Below the pieces are notes generated by a model, which worked only from the letters and a program-made list of their open reading frames with translations, had not been told where the DNA came from and did no database searches. A stretch of 64,000 bases of DNA from Myxococcota bacterium. GTDB taxonomy: Bacteria; Myxococcota_A; UBA9160; UBA6930. Shown here piece by piece: positions 40,688-50,403 of the stretch (its first letter is position 1; each line of letters begins with the position of its first letter). A program made the translations under genes and the position numbers. The stretch is taken from assembly GCA_965223415.1 (NCBI GenBank), contig OZ245002.1, positions 2,560,001 to 2,624,000 on the forward strand, read 5' to 3'.

Positions 40688-42549
40688 GAGCCCGACCCCG
40701 GAGACGACGCATCCCCGGCCAACGGCTCCGGCGCGTCGAAGCCGGCCGAGGCGAGGATCTGCCGGAAGCGCGGGTCGCCCCGGTAGGGATCGAAGATGGG
40801 CTCGGCTCGCACGTACCAGAGGTGGTGCCGGGCGGCCTCCTCCAGGCAGGCCAGCATTGGGTCCGGGTCGCGGGCCCGCGCGTGGAGCACCGCGCTCTCG
40901 TAGGCGTCGCGTCCGCAGGGCCGCCCGCTGGCCGCGGCGTCCAGGGCGAGGAGCAGGCGAACACCCGCCTCAGCGCCGACGAAGCGTTGGTGGATGCGCA
41001 GCGGGGGGCGCAGCCAGCCTGGAAGCGCGAGGAGGAACACCTCGGTCGCTTCGGCTTCCCGCCCGGCCGCGCCAAGCGCGCTCGCGAGGGTCGCGACCAC
41101 GTAGGCCGAACGCGGAGCCAGCTGGTGCGCGCGCCGCAGGTGCGCGATCGCGCGCTCGTTCGCGCCCAGGTAGTAGTAGACCCGACCGGCCGTGTGCTGG
41201 ACCGAGTGGGAGAGCGGATCCAGCTCGAGGGCGCGCTGGATGACCGGAAGTGCGTCCTCCGGGCGGCCTTGCATGCAGCGCAGGCGGGCCAATGCGCCGA
41301 GCGACACGGGAGAGGGACCGAGCTCGACCGAGCGTTCCAGCGCGGCCTCGGCTCCGGTCCAATCCCCCTTCGCTCGGAGAACGGCGCCATGGACGGCCCA
41401 GGCCTGCTCCGACGCCGGGTCCAGCTCGAGGGCGCGGAGGACCACGGTCTCCGCGCGGGAAAGCCAGCCCAGCCCGGGCGCGTCGTCGCTCCACAGCCGT
41501 TCGTAGGCCGCCGCCAGCGCGACGTGGGCGTCGGGCTCCCCGGGCTCGCGCTCGATCGCGCGCTCGTACAGCGCCACGCGGTCGAGCAGCTCGTCCCGCG
41601 TGGACGCGAGGATCGCGCTCCGACCCTCCAGCCGGAATCGGTCGGCATCGACCTCCGGCGCCCGGTGCACGAACTCGGCTCCGCGCTGGACCTCCACCAG
41701 GAGAGCCGCGCGAACCGCCCCTGCCACCTCGGCGCGCAGCGGTCCGGGCTCCGCCAGGGATCCTTCGTGGGAGCTCGACCACTGCCGAAACCCGCTGGTG
41801 GCGTCGACCAGCTCCACGTCGACGTGGAGCCGATCGTCGCGGGCGCGGACCCGACCGACCACGAGCGATCCGACGCCGAGCTCGGCGCCGATCGCCATGG
41901 GACCGCGGGGTGCGCCCGGACCGCGCGCCAGCGCGAACGACTCGCTGGGCGACAGGACGAGCAGCTCGGTCACCTCGCTCAGCCGGCCAACGACGTCGAG
42001 CGCGACCGCTTCACCGTGGTCTCTGAGCCCGCCGAAGGGGAGCACGGCGACCGATCGGTCCAGGCCGGTTTGCGTGAGGGGCGACGGCAGGAGCGGACCG
42101 AGATCGGCGAACGGCCGGGCCAGCCACGCCGCCAGTCCGGCGGCCGCGAGAGCGCCGGCGAGCAAGGCGCCCCACGTGGGTCCCCGCGGCCGGCGGCCGG
42201 CCCCGGTCGCCCCGCGCGGGGACGCCGTGTCCGCTGCCGGCAGCTGCGTCACGGGAACGCCGATCCGGTAGCCGCGCCCGCGGACCGTCTGGATGATCCG
42301 GGCGTCGGCCTCGCCCTCGCCCAGGGCGCGGCGCGCCTGGCTGATGCAGCGCGTGAGCGACGCCTCTCCGACCGCCACCCCCGGCCATACGGCGTCGAGC
42401 AGCTCGTCCCGGGTGAGCGTGCGCTCGGCGTGGCCGAGGAGCTCTCGTAGGACCTCCATCACCTTGGGCTGGAGCGGAATGCGGGTGCTGCCCCGCCGGA
42501 GCTCGTAGCGCTCTTCGTCCAGCTCGAATCCGGCGAATCGGTATCGCAC
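40684..42549 (-). CDS. CadC/OmpR-type winged-helix regulator with TM, TolB-like and TPR domains
   Basis: YRFAGFELD...LQPKV...LLDAVWP...IQTVRGRGYR; TM; SVAVLPF; TPRs; RGDPRF. Confidence 0.85.
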   Translation of the reverse strand: MRYRFAGFELDEERYELRRGSTRIPLQPKVMEVLRELLGHAERTLTRDELLDAVWPGVAVGEASLTRCISQARRALGEGEADARIIQTVRGRGYRIGVPVTQLPAADTASPRGATGAGRRPRGPTWGALLAGALAAAGLAAWLARPFADLGPLLPSPLTQTGLDRSVAVLPFGGLRDHGEAVALDVVGRLSEVTELLVLSPSESFALARGPGAPRGPMAIGAELGVGSLVVGRVRARDDRLHVDVELVDATSGFRQWSSSHEGSLAEPGPLRAEVAGAVRAALLVEVQRGAEFVHRAPEVDADRFRLEGRSAILASTRDELLDRVALYERAIEREPGEPDAHVALAAAYERLWSDDAPGLGWLSRAETVVLRALELDPASEQAWAVHGAVLRAKGDWTGAEAALERSVELGPSPVSLGALARLRCMQGRPEDALPVIQRALELDPLSHSVQHTAGRVYYYLGANERAIAHLRRAHQLAPRSAYVVATLASALGAAGREAEATEVFLLALPGWLRPPLRIHQRFVGAEAGVRLLLALDAAASGRPCGRDAYESAVLHARARDPDPMLACLEEAARHHLWYVRAEPIFDPYRGDPRFRQILASAGFDAPEPLAGDASSPGSGS

Positions 42550-42697
42550 CCAGGCCTCGTCCGCAGCGCCCCGACCCACGGGGCAGCATACACCCGCCCG
42601 CGGGGACCGCGGGGCGGGAATTCGCTGACGATTCGGTTCCCATCGGGTGGCGGAAGGGCCCGATCGGCGAGCCTGGCGCCCGGAAAGGGAGCTGACC

Positions 42698-45442
42698 TTG
42701 CGCCACCTCGCGGCCCTGACGGCGGCCTCGTGCCTCGCGCTGGCGCTCGCCCCCGGGCGGGCTTCGGCCCTCGTGCTCGCGTGCGAGTCCGCGCCGGCCA
42801 GCTTCGAGCTGCTCCCGCGGGTCGGCTTCAACACCTACGCCCTCGGGGTGTCGGCGGACGGGGCGTTCGCCACCGGTGTCAGCGTGGTGGGCAACAACGC
42901 CGCCTCCGAGGCGCTGCGTTGGAACCAGGCCGGCGCCGTCGAACGGCTCGAGCGGTCGGTCGGTTGGACCAACGGCCACTTCCTGATGGGGTACGAGATC
43001 TCCGACCCGCTTCCCTCCCTTGGGGGAGAGCGGGTCGTCACGGGTACGAAGTTTGACGCCGCGGCCCCGACCTACGCGCGTTGGATCGGGACGACGCTCC
43101 AGGACACCCTGATCCCGTCCCGCTTCCCCGGCGGCGTGTTCTTCCAGCAGCACCCGATCGACGCCTCGCCGGACGGGAGATACCTGGTCGGCCGCGAGCA
43201 GGGCACCGACGAAGCCTTCCTCTTCGACACGGAGACTCCGCTCTTCCAGACGATGAGCGCGCCCGCGCTTCCTGCCGGCGCCAACGCCGTATCCGACGAC
43301 GGCCGGGTCGTGGCGGGCCACGTGAGCTGCGGGACGAGCTGCACGGCGCCGGCCCGCTGGGACGACAGCGTGGTGACCGTGCTCCAGGGTGGGGACTGTG
43401 CGGGCTCTCCGGGCGAGGTGCAGGATCTCTCGGCGGACGGGTCCGTCGCCGCCGGGTGGATCGCCAACTGCCCCTTCGGCCCGCGGATCCGACAGCCGGC
43501 GATCTGGCTGGGCAACCAGCTGGTCCCGCTGGGGCCGGTCCTCCCGCCCACCAATCAACGGGACCGGGGGAGCGCCCTGGCGGTGAGCCCCGACGGCCGC
43601 TTCGTGGTCGGCACCCAGGACGACCTCAGCGGTCCGGCCTTCCTCTGGGACGTGGAGCACGGAATGCGGGACCTGAAGCTGGTGCTCGCCCGCGACCACG
43701 CCCTCGCCGACGAGGTCGCACCCTGGTTCTTCACGGCGGCGACCGGCGTGACGGTCAAGCCGGATGGCCGCGTCGTGATCGTGGGCTACGGGTGGCCGGT
43801 CGCCCGCACCGTGGGACCGGGCAACTTCCAGCCGTTCCGCGTCACCCTCGACGTCGATACGCCCTGCGATGACGCGGATCGCGACGGTCTCTGCGACGAG
43901 TGGGAGCGGGACGGCTACGTCGACGTCAACTGCGACGGTCGATTCGACGCCTCGCAGGACCTCTCGCTGCCCGGCGCGGACCCGCAACACATGGACGTGT
44001 ACGTGGAGCTGGACACGATCGAGGGCACGGTGGTGCCCACCGGCGCGCTCGACGACGTGGTGGCGGCCTTCGCCTCGGTGCCGAACTCGCTGGTCGACAA
44101 CCCGGGCGGGGGGCGGGGCATCCGCCTCCATCTCCGCCAGGACGATGCCGCGGTGCCGGATCCCGGCGGCGGGTCGAATCCAAGCTGGACGCAGGGCGTG
44201 GGATGCGGCGGCGCGACGGAATTCGCTGCGGTGAAGGCGGAGTGGTTTGGCACGGCCGCCGAGCAGGCGGCGGACGGCGAGGTCCTGGAGGTCAAGCGGC
44301 GCCTGTTCCGCTACGGAGTCCTGGGCGGCACCTTCGAGGAGCTGATCGAAGGCCAGGCCGTGCCCTTCGGCCCGAACTTCATCGTTTCCCCGGGCCAGGG
44401 GTTCCGGACGCCGACAGCCACGGACTGGGCGGGCATCTTCATGCACGAGCTCGGGCACACGCTGGGCCTGGACCACGGCGGGCCCGAGGAGAGCGTCAAC
44501 TACAAGCCCAACTACCACAGCGTGATGAACTACACGTGGACGACACCGGCCCAGCTTCCGGTCGTCGGCCCGCCGCTCGGCCTGCTCGCCTACGCGGGCT
44601 CGTGGCGGCTCGACTACGCGCGGGAGCCGTTCGCGATGGACCTCGACGAGAACGGCCTGGACGAGATGGCCGGCCTCGGGGGCCCCCAGGGCCATGGACG
44701 CCACTTCCTGCCGGTCGGGCCCCTCGAGGGCGGGCCCTTCAGCTTCGACGCCAACCCGCGCATCGAGCGCGCGCAGGGACCGATCGACTTCGACCGGGAC
44801 GGCGTGCCGAACGAGGCGGTCTCTGGCCCCGCCAACCTGAACCAGGTCAATCCGTGGAACGCACCGGACTTCGGAAATCCGAGGCTGGAGATCCTCGAAG
44901 CCCACTCGGACTGGGACTACATCGCGCTCTTCTACCCCCGCTTCTTCCAGCACCCGAACTGGTTCGGGGCCGGAGCGTGCGTGGGCTTCCTCCGCACCTT
45001 CCCTCCGCCCGACGAGCTCACCGTTGCCGAGCGCGTCGGCCTGAGTGTCGACATGCCGATCGACTGCAACGGCAACGGCGTCGACGACGACGACGAGCTC
45101 CTCCAGGGACTCGCCGCGGACGACGACGGCGACGGCTGGCTGGACGCGTGCGAGCCACGGATCGGCGACTGCGACGGCGACGACGACATCGACCTGGCGG
45201 ACCGTGGTCTGGTGGTGGCGGCCTTCGGGCGCAGCGAAGGGGAGGCGGCCTACCTCGAGTGCGCGGACCTCGATGGCGACCGGGACGTCACCTTCGTCGA
45301 CTACCAGGCCTGGGTGGCCGAGTACGAGGCGGCCCAGCCGCCTGCGGGCAGCTGCGGAGGCGCGGGGGGTGGGGAGGCCGCGCTCCTTGCGGGCGCGTGG
45401 CTCTGGCACCGCCAGCGGCGGATGCGGGGAGGAGTCTCGTGA
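42698..45442 (+). CDS. Secreted multidomain zinc metalloprotease: HAF-like repeats, HExxHxxGxxH, dockerin-like domain, Cys/TM/Arg C-terminal anchor
   Basis: Repeated (A/G)VSxDG motifs; FMHELGHTLGLDHGG...YKPNYHSVMNY; GDCDGDDDIDLAD...ADLDGDRDVTFVD; GSCGGAGGGEAALLAGAWLWHRQRR; TTG start inferred. Confidence 0.75.
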   Translation: MRHLAALTAASCLALALAPGRASALVLACESAPASFELLPRVGFNTYALGVSADGAFATGVSVVGNNAASEALRWNQAGAVERLERSVGWTNGHFLMGYEISDPLPSLGGERVVTGTKFDAAAPTYARWIGTTLQDTLIPSRFPGGVFFQQHPIDASPDGRYLVGREQGTDEAFLFDTETPLFQTMSAPALPAGANAVSDDGRVVAGHVSCGTSCTAPARWDDSVVTVLQGGDCAGSPGEVQDLSADGSVAAGWIANCPFGPRIRQPAIWLGNQLVPLGPVLPPTNQRDRGSALAVSPDGRFVVGTQDDLSGPAFLWDVEHGMRDLKLVLARDHALADEVAPWFFTAATGVTVKPDGRVVIVGYGWPVARTVGPGNFQPFRVTLDVDTPCDDADRDGLCDEWERDGYVDVNCDGRFDASQDLSLPGADPQHMDVYVELDTIEGTVVPTGALDDVVAAFASVPNSLVDNPGGGRGIRLHLRQDDAAVPDPGGGSNPSWTQGVGCGGATEFAAVKAEWFGTAAEQAADGEVLEVKRRLFRYGVLGGTFEELIEGQAVPFGPNFIVSPGQGFRTPTATDWAGIFMHELGHTLGLDHGGPEESVNYKPNYHSVMNYTWTTPAQLPVVGPPLGLLAYAGSWRLDYAREPFAMDLDENGLDEMAGLGGPQGHGRHFLPVGPLEGGPFSFDANPRIERAQGPIDFDRDGVPNEAVSGPANLNQVNPWNAPDFGNPRLEILEAHSDWDYIALFYPRFFQHPNWFGAGACVGFLRTFPPPDELTVAERVGLSVDMPIDCNGNGVDDDDELLQGLAADDDGDGWLDACEPRIGDCDGDDDIDLADRGLVVAAFGRSEGEAAYLECADLDGDRDVTFVDYQAWVAEYEAAQPPAGSCGGAGGGEAALLAGAWLWHRQRRMRGGVS

Positions 45443-45984
45443 TCGGCCGAAGCATCCTCGCCGCTCTTCTCCTTGCCGGCGGGCTGCTGCCCGCCTCGTC
45501 GGACGCTGCAACGATCGTCCGCTTCGTCCTGGCGGATCCCGGGGTGGCACCCGGCGCATCGACCACCCTGGAGATCCGGGCGGACTTCGACACGCCGGTG
45601 CTGGGCTTCGGCGTCGACCTCGTCCTGGACCCGGCCGTGCTGGCGGCCGTCTCCGCGCCGGTCATCGGCCCGGCCTGGACGCCCGTTTTCGCGCCCGACG
45701 GCGACGGCCTCGCGGGTCTGGCGCTGCCGGCGGGCGTCGTCGGGAGCGACGTCCTCTTGGCCTCGCTGGCGGTGACACGGCTCTCACCCGCCAGAACGCA
45801 GATCGGCGGTGCGATCACGGCGGGAGACCTCAGCGAGGGGTTCCCCCTCGTCGGGAGCGGCTTCGACCCGGTGACCTTCGTGCCGGCTGCCGTGGCGGCG
45901 GTCCCTGAGCCGACTGCGGCGATGATCCTGGGAATCCTCGCCGGATGGTTTTCCGTCCGGGGGCGCTCCCGGCGCGGAAGCTAG
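45439..45984 (+). CDS. Cohesin-like domain protein with PEP-CTERM sorting signal
   Basis: Signal peptide; VAPGASTTLEI...GFGVDLVLDPAVL...VLLASL; AVPEPTAAMILGILAG...RSRR. Confidence 0.7.
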   Translation: MIGRSILAALLLAGGLLPASSDAATIVRFVLADPGVAPGASTTLEIRADFDTPVLGFGVDLVLDPAVLAAVSAPVIGPAWTPVFAPDGDGLAGLALPAGVVGSDVLLASLAVTRLSPARTQIGGAITAGDLSEGFPLVGSGFDPVTFVPAAVAAVPEPTAAMILGILAGWFSVRGRSRRGS

Positions 45985-46020
45985 ATCGGTCCCAGCCTGC
46001 GCGGTCGCTAGGATCCCGCC

Positions 46021-46896
46021 ATGAAAGGCATCGTCCTCGCGGGCGGGTCCGGCACCCGGCTCTACCCGATCACCCTCGGCGTGAGCAAGCAGCTGCTTCC
46101 GGTCTACGACAAGCCGATGGTCTACTACCCGCTCAGCACGCTCATGCTGGCGGGGATCCGGGACGTGATGGTGATCAGCACGCCCGAGGACCTGCCCGGC
46201 TTCGAGCGGGCCCTGGGCGACGGTTCGCGGGTGGGGCTCTCCATCACCTACGCGGCCCAGCCCCGGCCCGAGGGCATCGCCCAGGCCTTCCTGATCGCCC
46301 GGGACTGGATCGGCAGCTCGCCGGTGGCGCTGGCGCTCGGCGACAACGTGTTCTTCGGCCACGGCCTTCCCGAGGTGCTGCGGCGGGCGGCGGCCCGCGA
46401 GCCCGGCGGCACGGTCTTCGGCTACCAGGTGCGCGATCCGGAGCGCTACGGCGTGGTCGAGTTCGACGCCGAGGGCCGGGCCACGAGCATCGAGGAGAAG
46501 CCGTCGCAGCCGCGCACCAACTGGGCGGTGACCGGGCTCTATTTCTACGACGCCGGCGTGGTCGAGATCGCGGCGGGCCTCGCCCCCTCGGCCCGCGGCG
46601 AGCTCGAGATCACCGACGTCAACAACGCCTACCTGGAGCGCGGCGAGCTCCAGGTGGAGAAGCTCGGTCGCGGCTTCGCCTGGCTCGACACCGGCACCCA
46701 CGAGTCGTTGATGCAGGCCGGCGAGTTCATCCAGGCCGTCCAGGAGCGCCAGGGCTTGATGGTCTCCTGCATCGAGGAGATCGCCTGGCGCAGCGGCTGG
46801 ATCGACACCGACGACCTGCTGCGCATGGGCACCGAGATGAAGAACAACGCCTATGGCGCCTACCTCCAGCGCATCGCCGGCGAGCCCAGGGGGTGA
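46021..46896 (+). CDS. rfbA: Glucose-1-phosphate thymidylyltransferase
   Basis: [18 protein letters not shown]...[26 protein letters not shown]. Confidence 0.97.
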   Translation: MKGIVLAGGSGTRLYPITLGVSKQLLPVYDKPMVYYPLSTLMLAGIRDVMVISTPEDLPGFERALGDGSRVGLSITYAAQPRPEGIAQAFLIARDWIGSSPVALALGDNVFFGHGLPEVLRRAAAREPGGTVFGYQVRDPERYGVVEFDAEGRATSIEEKPSQPRTNWAVTGLYFYDAGVVEIAAGLAPSARGELEITDVNNAYLERGELQVEKLGRGFAWLDTGTHESLMQAGEFIQAVQERQGLMVSCIEEIAWRSGWIDTDDLLRMGTEMKNNAYGAYLQRIAGEPRG

Positions 46897-47435
46897 GGTT
46901 CGAGGAGACGGCGCTCCCGGGCGTGCTGGTCGTGGCGCCCGACGTCCACCGCGACACGCGCGGCTTCTTCCTCGAGTCCTACCACGAAGGGAAGTACCGG
47001 GAAGGCGGCATCGACGCGCGCTTCGTGCAGGACAACCACTCCGCCTCGAAGCGCGGCACCCTGCGCGGCCTCCACGCCCAGCTCGAGCCGGCCCAGGGCA
47101 AGCTGGTGCGCGTCCTGCGCGGCGAGGTGCTCGACGTCGCCGTCGACGTGCGCCAGGGCTCGCCGACCTTCGGGCAGCACCATGCCGAGCGGCTCGACGC
47201 CGAGCAGCACCACCAGCTCTGGATCCCCGAGGGCTTCCTCCACGGCTTCCAGGTGCTCTCGGAAGAGGCGGAGGTCGAGTACAAGGTGACCTCGCCCTAC
47301 ACGCCGGCGGGGGAGATCGCCGTGGCGTGGAACGACCCGGAGCTCGGGATCTCCTGGCCCATCCCCGAGCCGATCCTCTCCGACCGGGACCGGGCGGCAC
47401 CGCGCCTGACCGAGCTCCGCCCCCGCCTCCGCTGA
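46893..47435 (+). CDS. rfbC: dTDP-4-dehydrorhamnose 3,5-epimerase
   Basis: [45 protein letters not shown]. Confidence 0.95.
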   Translation: MRFEETALPGVLVVAPDVHRDTRGFFLESYHEGKYREGGIDARFVQDNHSASKRGTLRGLHAQLEPAQGKLVRVLRGEVLDVAVDVRQGSPTFGQHHAERLDAEQHHQLWIPEGFLHGFQVLSEEAEVEYKVTSPYTPAGEIAVAWNDPELGISWPIPEPILSDRDRAAPRLTELRPRLR

Positions 47436-47482
47436 ACGCAACACGCGGTGTTGCGATACCGTCACTCGTCGGAGGAGAGCCG

Positions 47483-48247
47483 ATGCAGCTGGAAGGACGT
47501 GCGGCGATCATCACGGGTGCGGGAACCGGCGTCGGGCGGGCGACGGCCCTGGCCCTGGCGGAGCACGGGTGCTCGGTGGTCGTGAACTACAGCCGGTCGA
47601 AGGACGCGGCGGAGGCGGTTGCGGCGGAGGCCGCGGGCAAGGGCGTGAAGGCGCTGGCGGTGCAGGCCGACGTCGCACAGGACGCGGACTGCCGCCGCCT
47701 GGTCGACACGGCCGCGGGAGAGCTCGGCCGGCTCGACGTGCTCGTGAACAACGCGGGCACCACGAGCTTCATTCCCCACACGGATCTCGAGAAGGTCACC
47801 CAGGACGACTGGAACACCATCCTCGGTGTGAACCTGGTCGGGCCCTTCCAGATGAGCCGTGCGGCGGCGCCGACGCTCGAGGCGGAGGGCGGCGGCCAGG
47901 TGGTGAACGTCTCGAGCGTGGCGGGCGTGTACGGAACCGGGAGCTCCATCCCCTACTGCGCGTCGAAGGCGGGCCTCAACATCCTCACCGTCACCCTCGC
48001 CCGCGTGCTCGGCCCGGAGGTGCAGGTGAACGCAGTGTGCCCGGGCTTCATCGACGGCTCGTGGCTCCAAGGCGGGCTCGGCCCCGCCTTCGAGCCCGTG
48101 AAGGAGGCGATGGTCGGACGCTCCCTGCTGGGCGCCGTCTGCACGCCCGAGGACGTCAAGGACGCGATCTTCGGCTTCCTGCTGGGCTCGCGGCTCGTCA
48201 CCGGCGAGGTGCTCGTGGTGGACGGCGGGGTCGGGAAGGCGGGCTGA
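47483..48247 (+). CDS. SDR family oxidoreductase
   Basis: TGAGTGVG; NNAG; YCASK; VNAVCPG. Confidence 0.92.
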   Translation: MQLEGRAAIITGAGTGVGRATALALAEHGCSVVVNYSRSKDAAEAVAAEAAGKGVKALAVQADVAQDADCRRLVDTAAGELGRLDVLVNNAGTTSFIPHTDLEKVTQDDWNTILGVNLVGPFQMSRAAAPTLEAEGGGQVVNVSSVAGVYGTGSSIPYCASKAGLNILTVTLARVLGPEVQVNAVCPGFIDGSWLQGGLGPAFEPVKEAMVGRSLLGAVCTPEDVKDAIFGFLLGSRLVTGEVLVVDGGVGKAG

Positions 48248-48254
48248 CGACGAA

Positions 48255-48413
48255 CTAGAAGTCGTCCTCCAGCAGCAGCTCGTCGTCCTCCTTCCCGGCC
48301 GTGATCCGGAGCGGCGCCCGACAGAAGGCGCAGAACACCTCCTCACCGGTCTTCTCGTCCCCGCTCAGGGGGACGTCGGCGTTGCAGATGGGGCATTCGA
48401 GCTCGCGGGACAT
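48255..48413 (-). CDS. LysW-like zinc-ribbon miniprotein (52 aa)
   Basis: Below the ORF-track cutoff. MSRELECPICNADVPLSGDEKTGEEVFCAFCRAPLRITAGKEDDELLLEDDF, preceded by an AGAGG RBS. Confidence 0.75.
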   Translation of the reverse strand: MSRELECPICNADVPLSGDEKTGEEVFCAFCRAPLRITAGKEDDELLLEDDF

Positions 48414-48444
48414 GCAGGCCTCTTCGTCCGCGGGCGGAAAGCGC

Positions 48445-48497
48445 TTGACCCGGCAGGGGGAGCCCTCCTAGAGTGGTCGGACCATTTGGTCCAACCA
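48445..48497 (+). promoter_or_regulatory. Promoter with tandem FadR-type operators
   Basis: TTGACC-N18-TAGAGT; TGGTCGGACCA (48474-48484) and TGGTCCAACCA (48487-48497). Confidence 0.75.
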
Positions 48498-48531
48498 GTT
48501 TTCCCGCGGGGAATCAAGGGAATCGCCGCTC

Positions 48532-49257
48532 TTGGCCCAGGCTGCCCACGACACCATCGCGGACCATCTCCGGGCGGAGATCCTCCGCGGCACCTACCCG
48601 GCCGGCGGGCGGCTCCCGGCGGAGCGGGAGCTGGCCCAGCGCCTGGGGGCCAACCGCAGCTCGGTGCGAGAGGCCCTGCGCAAGCTCGAGCAATCGGGGC
48701 TGGTCGAGATCCGCCACGGCGGCGGCGCCACGGTGCTGCCGATCGAGGGCGCGAGCCTCGACGTGATCCGCCACCTGCTCGCCCTGGACGGCGCCCCGGA
48801 CCGGGCACTCCTCGAGCACGTGCTGGAGGTGCACGAGCTGCTGATCGTGGGAGGCACGCGGCTGGCGCTGGAGCTCGGCGACGCGCCGCTGCTCGAGCGG
48901 GGCCGCGCCCTGCTCCGCCAGCTTGCCGATCCGGCCACGGACGAGGAGACCTACCTCGACACGGTCGAGGAGGCCCTCGGCCTGATCGCCGAGGCCAGCG
49001 GCAACCTCGTCCTCAAGATGGCGCGGCGGGCGGTGAACCCGCTGTTCGATGCGCGCTTTCGCGAGATCCGCCGGCGCTTCCGCGGGCCCGAAGAGCTGGT
49101 CCGCGCGATGGTCGCCGACCTCGACGGGGCCATCGCCGAGCGCGACCCGGACCGCGCGGAGCGGGCCCTGCGCACGTTTCTCCGGGCCGGCCGCAGCCGC
49201 GCCCTCGAAGCCCTCGCCACATACACGCGCCGCGAACCCAACGGAGACGAACGATGA
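48532..49257 (+). CDS. GntR/FadR family transcriptional regulator
   Basis: GGRLPAERELAQRLGANRSSVREAL...GLVEIRHGGG. Confidence 0.92.
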   Translation: MAQAAHDTIADHLRAEILRGTYPAGGRLPAERELAQRLGANRSSVREALRKLEQSGLVEIRHGGGATVLPIEGASLDVIRHLLALDGAPDRALLEHVLEVHELLIVGGTRLALELGDAPLLERGRALLRQLADPATDEETYLDTVEEALGLIAEASGNLVLKMARRAVNPLFDARFREIRRRFRGPEELVRAMVADLDGAIAERDPDRAERALRTFLRAGRSRALEALATYTRREPNGDER

Positions 49258-50333
49258 CCACCCTCCCCGAGACCCACCCCGTGCAGACCGAAGGCGTGAA
49301 GGCCGCCATGGAGGCGATCTACAACTGGAACTACGAGAGCGAGATCGACCAGCTGCGCACGCTCTACGCCAACGCCCTCGACCGCCAGTGGATCGCCATG
49401 AAGGACCTCGACTGGGAGCGCGAGATCGATCGCGACGCCTTCTCCCGCTCCTTCACGATGGGCGGCATCCCGGTGAGCGAGACCGCCTTCTGGAAGGAGC
49501 TGCCGCCGGAGACGCAGTGGGAGGTCTCCCGGCGCACGGCCACCTTCATGCTCTCGAACTTCCTGCACGGCGAGCAGGGCGCACTGATGGTCGCGGCCCA
49601 GCTCGTGAACGCAGTGCCGCACATGGACGGAAAGTTCTACGCCAGCACCCAGACCATGGACGAGGCGCGACACGTCGAGGTGTTCGCAGCCTACATCCGC
49701 AAGCTCGGCGAGGTGCAGCCGATCGCGCCGGGGCTGAAGAAGCTGCTCGACGCGGTGCTCTCCACCGACGACTGGCTGCTGAAGGCGGTCGGCATGCAGG
49801 TCGTGACCGAGGGCCTCGCGCTCTACAGCTTCCGCGACATGCGCAACCAGTCCGACGAGCCGCTTCTGAAGGACCTGCTCACGCTGGTGTCGCGGGACGA
49901 GGCGCGCCACACGGGCTACGGCGTGAAGTACCTGCAGGCGGTGGTGCCGAGCCTCGACGAGAAGAAGGTCGCCGAGATCGAGGACTTCGCCTTCGAGTCC
50001 GCGCGCTTGCTCATCGACTCCCGGGCAGGCCTCTCGCTGCGGGAGACGGCGCTGCAGCTCTGGGCCGAAGCCGGCGTCGATCCCCAGGAGGCGATGGCCG
50101 CCCTGATCCGCGAGCGTGAGCTGATCAAGACCTCGCTGGAGCGCACGGGCGGGCGCACCGGACCCATCCGCGGCTTCGTCATCCCGACCCTCAAGTCGAT
50201 CGGCCTGTTCAGCGACCGCATCTGCGGCCACTTCGACGAGATGTTCCAGGCCAACTTCCAAGGCGCCTTCGGCTCCATCGCCGACGACCCCTACGACCTC
50301 CCCGACGACCTCGAAGCCTGGGCGCTCAGTTAA
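49254..50333 (+). CDS. Ferritin-like diiron protein (AurF-like)
   Basis: SNFLHGEQGA; DEARHVEVF; EGLAL; DEARHTGYG. Confidence 0.85.
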   Translation: MTTLPETHPVQTEGVKAAMEAIYNWNYESEIDQLRTLYANALDRQWIAMKDLDWEREIDRDAFSRSFTMGGIPVSETAFWKELPPETQWEVSRRTATFMLSNFLHGEQGALMVAAQLVNAVPHMDGKFYASTQTMDEARHVEVFAAYIRKLGEVQPIAPGLKKLLDAVLSTDDWLLKAVGMQVVTEGLALYSFRDMRNQSDEPLLKDLLTLVSRDEARHTGYGVKYLQAVVPSLDEKKVAEIEDFAFESARLLIDSRAGLSLRETALQLWAEAGVDPQEAMAALIRERELIKTSLERTGGRTGPIRGFVIPTLKSIGLFSDRICGHFDEMFQANFQGAFGSIADDPYDLPDDLEAWALS

Positions 50334-50403
50334 GAAACGGGGCCAGAGTTAAGAATTCAGTTCCCCTTGGGGAACTGAATTCTTAACTCTGGCCCCGTTT
50401 CTT
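50332..50403. repeat. Perfect 35-bp inverted repeat (REP-like, possible bidirectional terminator)
   Basis: AAGAAACGGGGCCAGAGTTAAGAATTCAGTTCCCC-TT-perfect reverse complement, between convergent genes. Confidence 0.9.

Noticed and set aside
42011..45559. 1182-aa minus-strand ORF and the many other long Arg/Pro/Gly-rich ORFs in the track
   Set aside because: Shadow frames of real genes in high-GC DNA, with no recognisable motifs
47437..47455. 8-bp inverted repeat after rfbC
   Set aside because: Too short and without a U-tract, so no function can be assigned
27471..50403. CRISPR array suggested by 35-36 bp repeats
   Set aside because: Each is a single inverted pair with no spacers, and no cas genes are present
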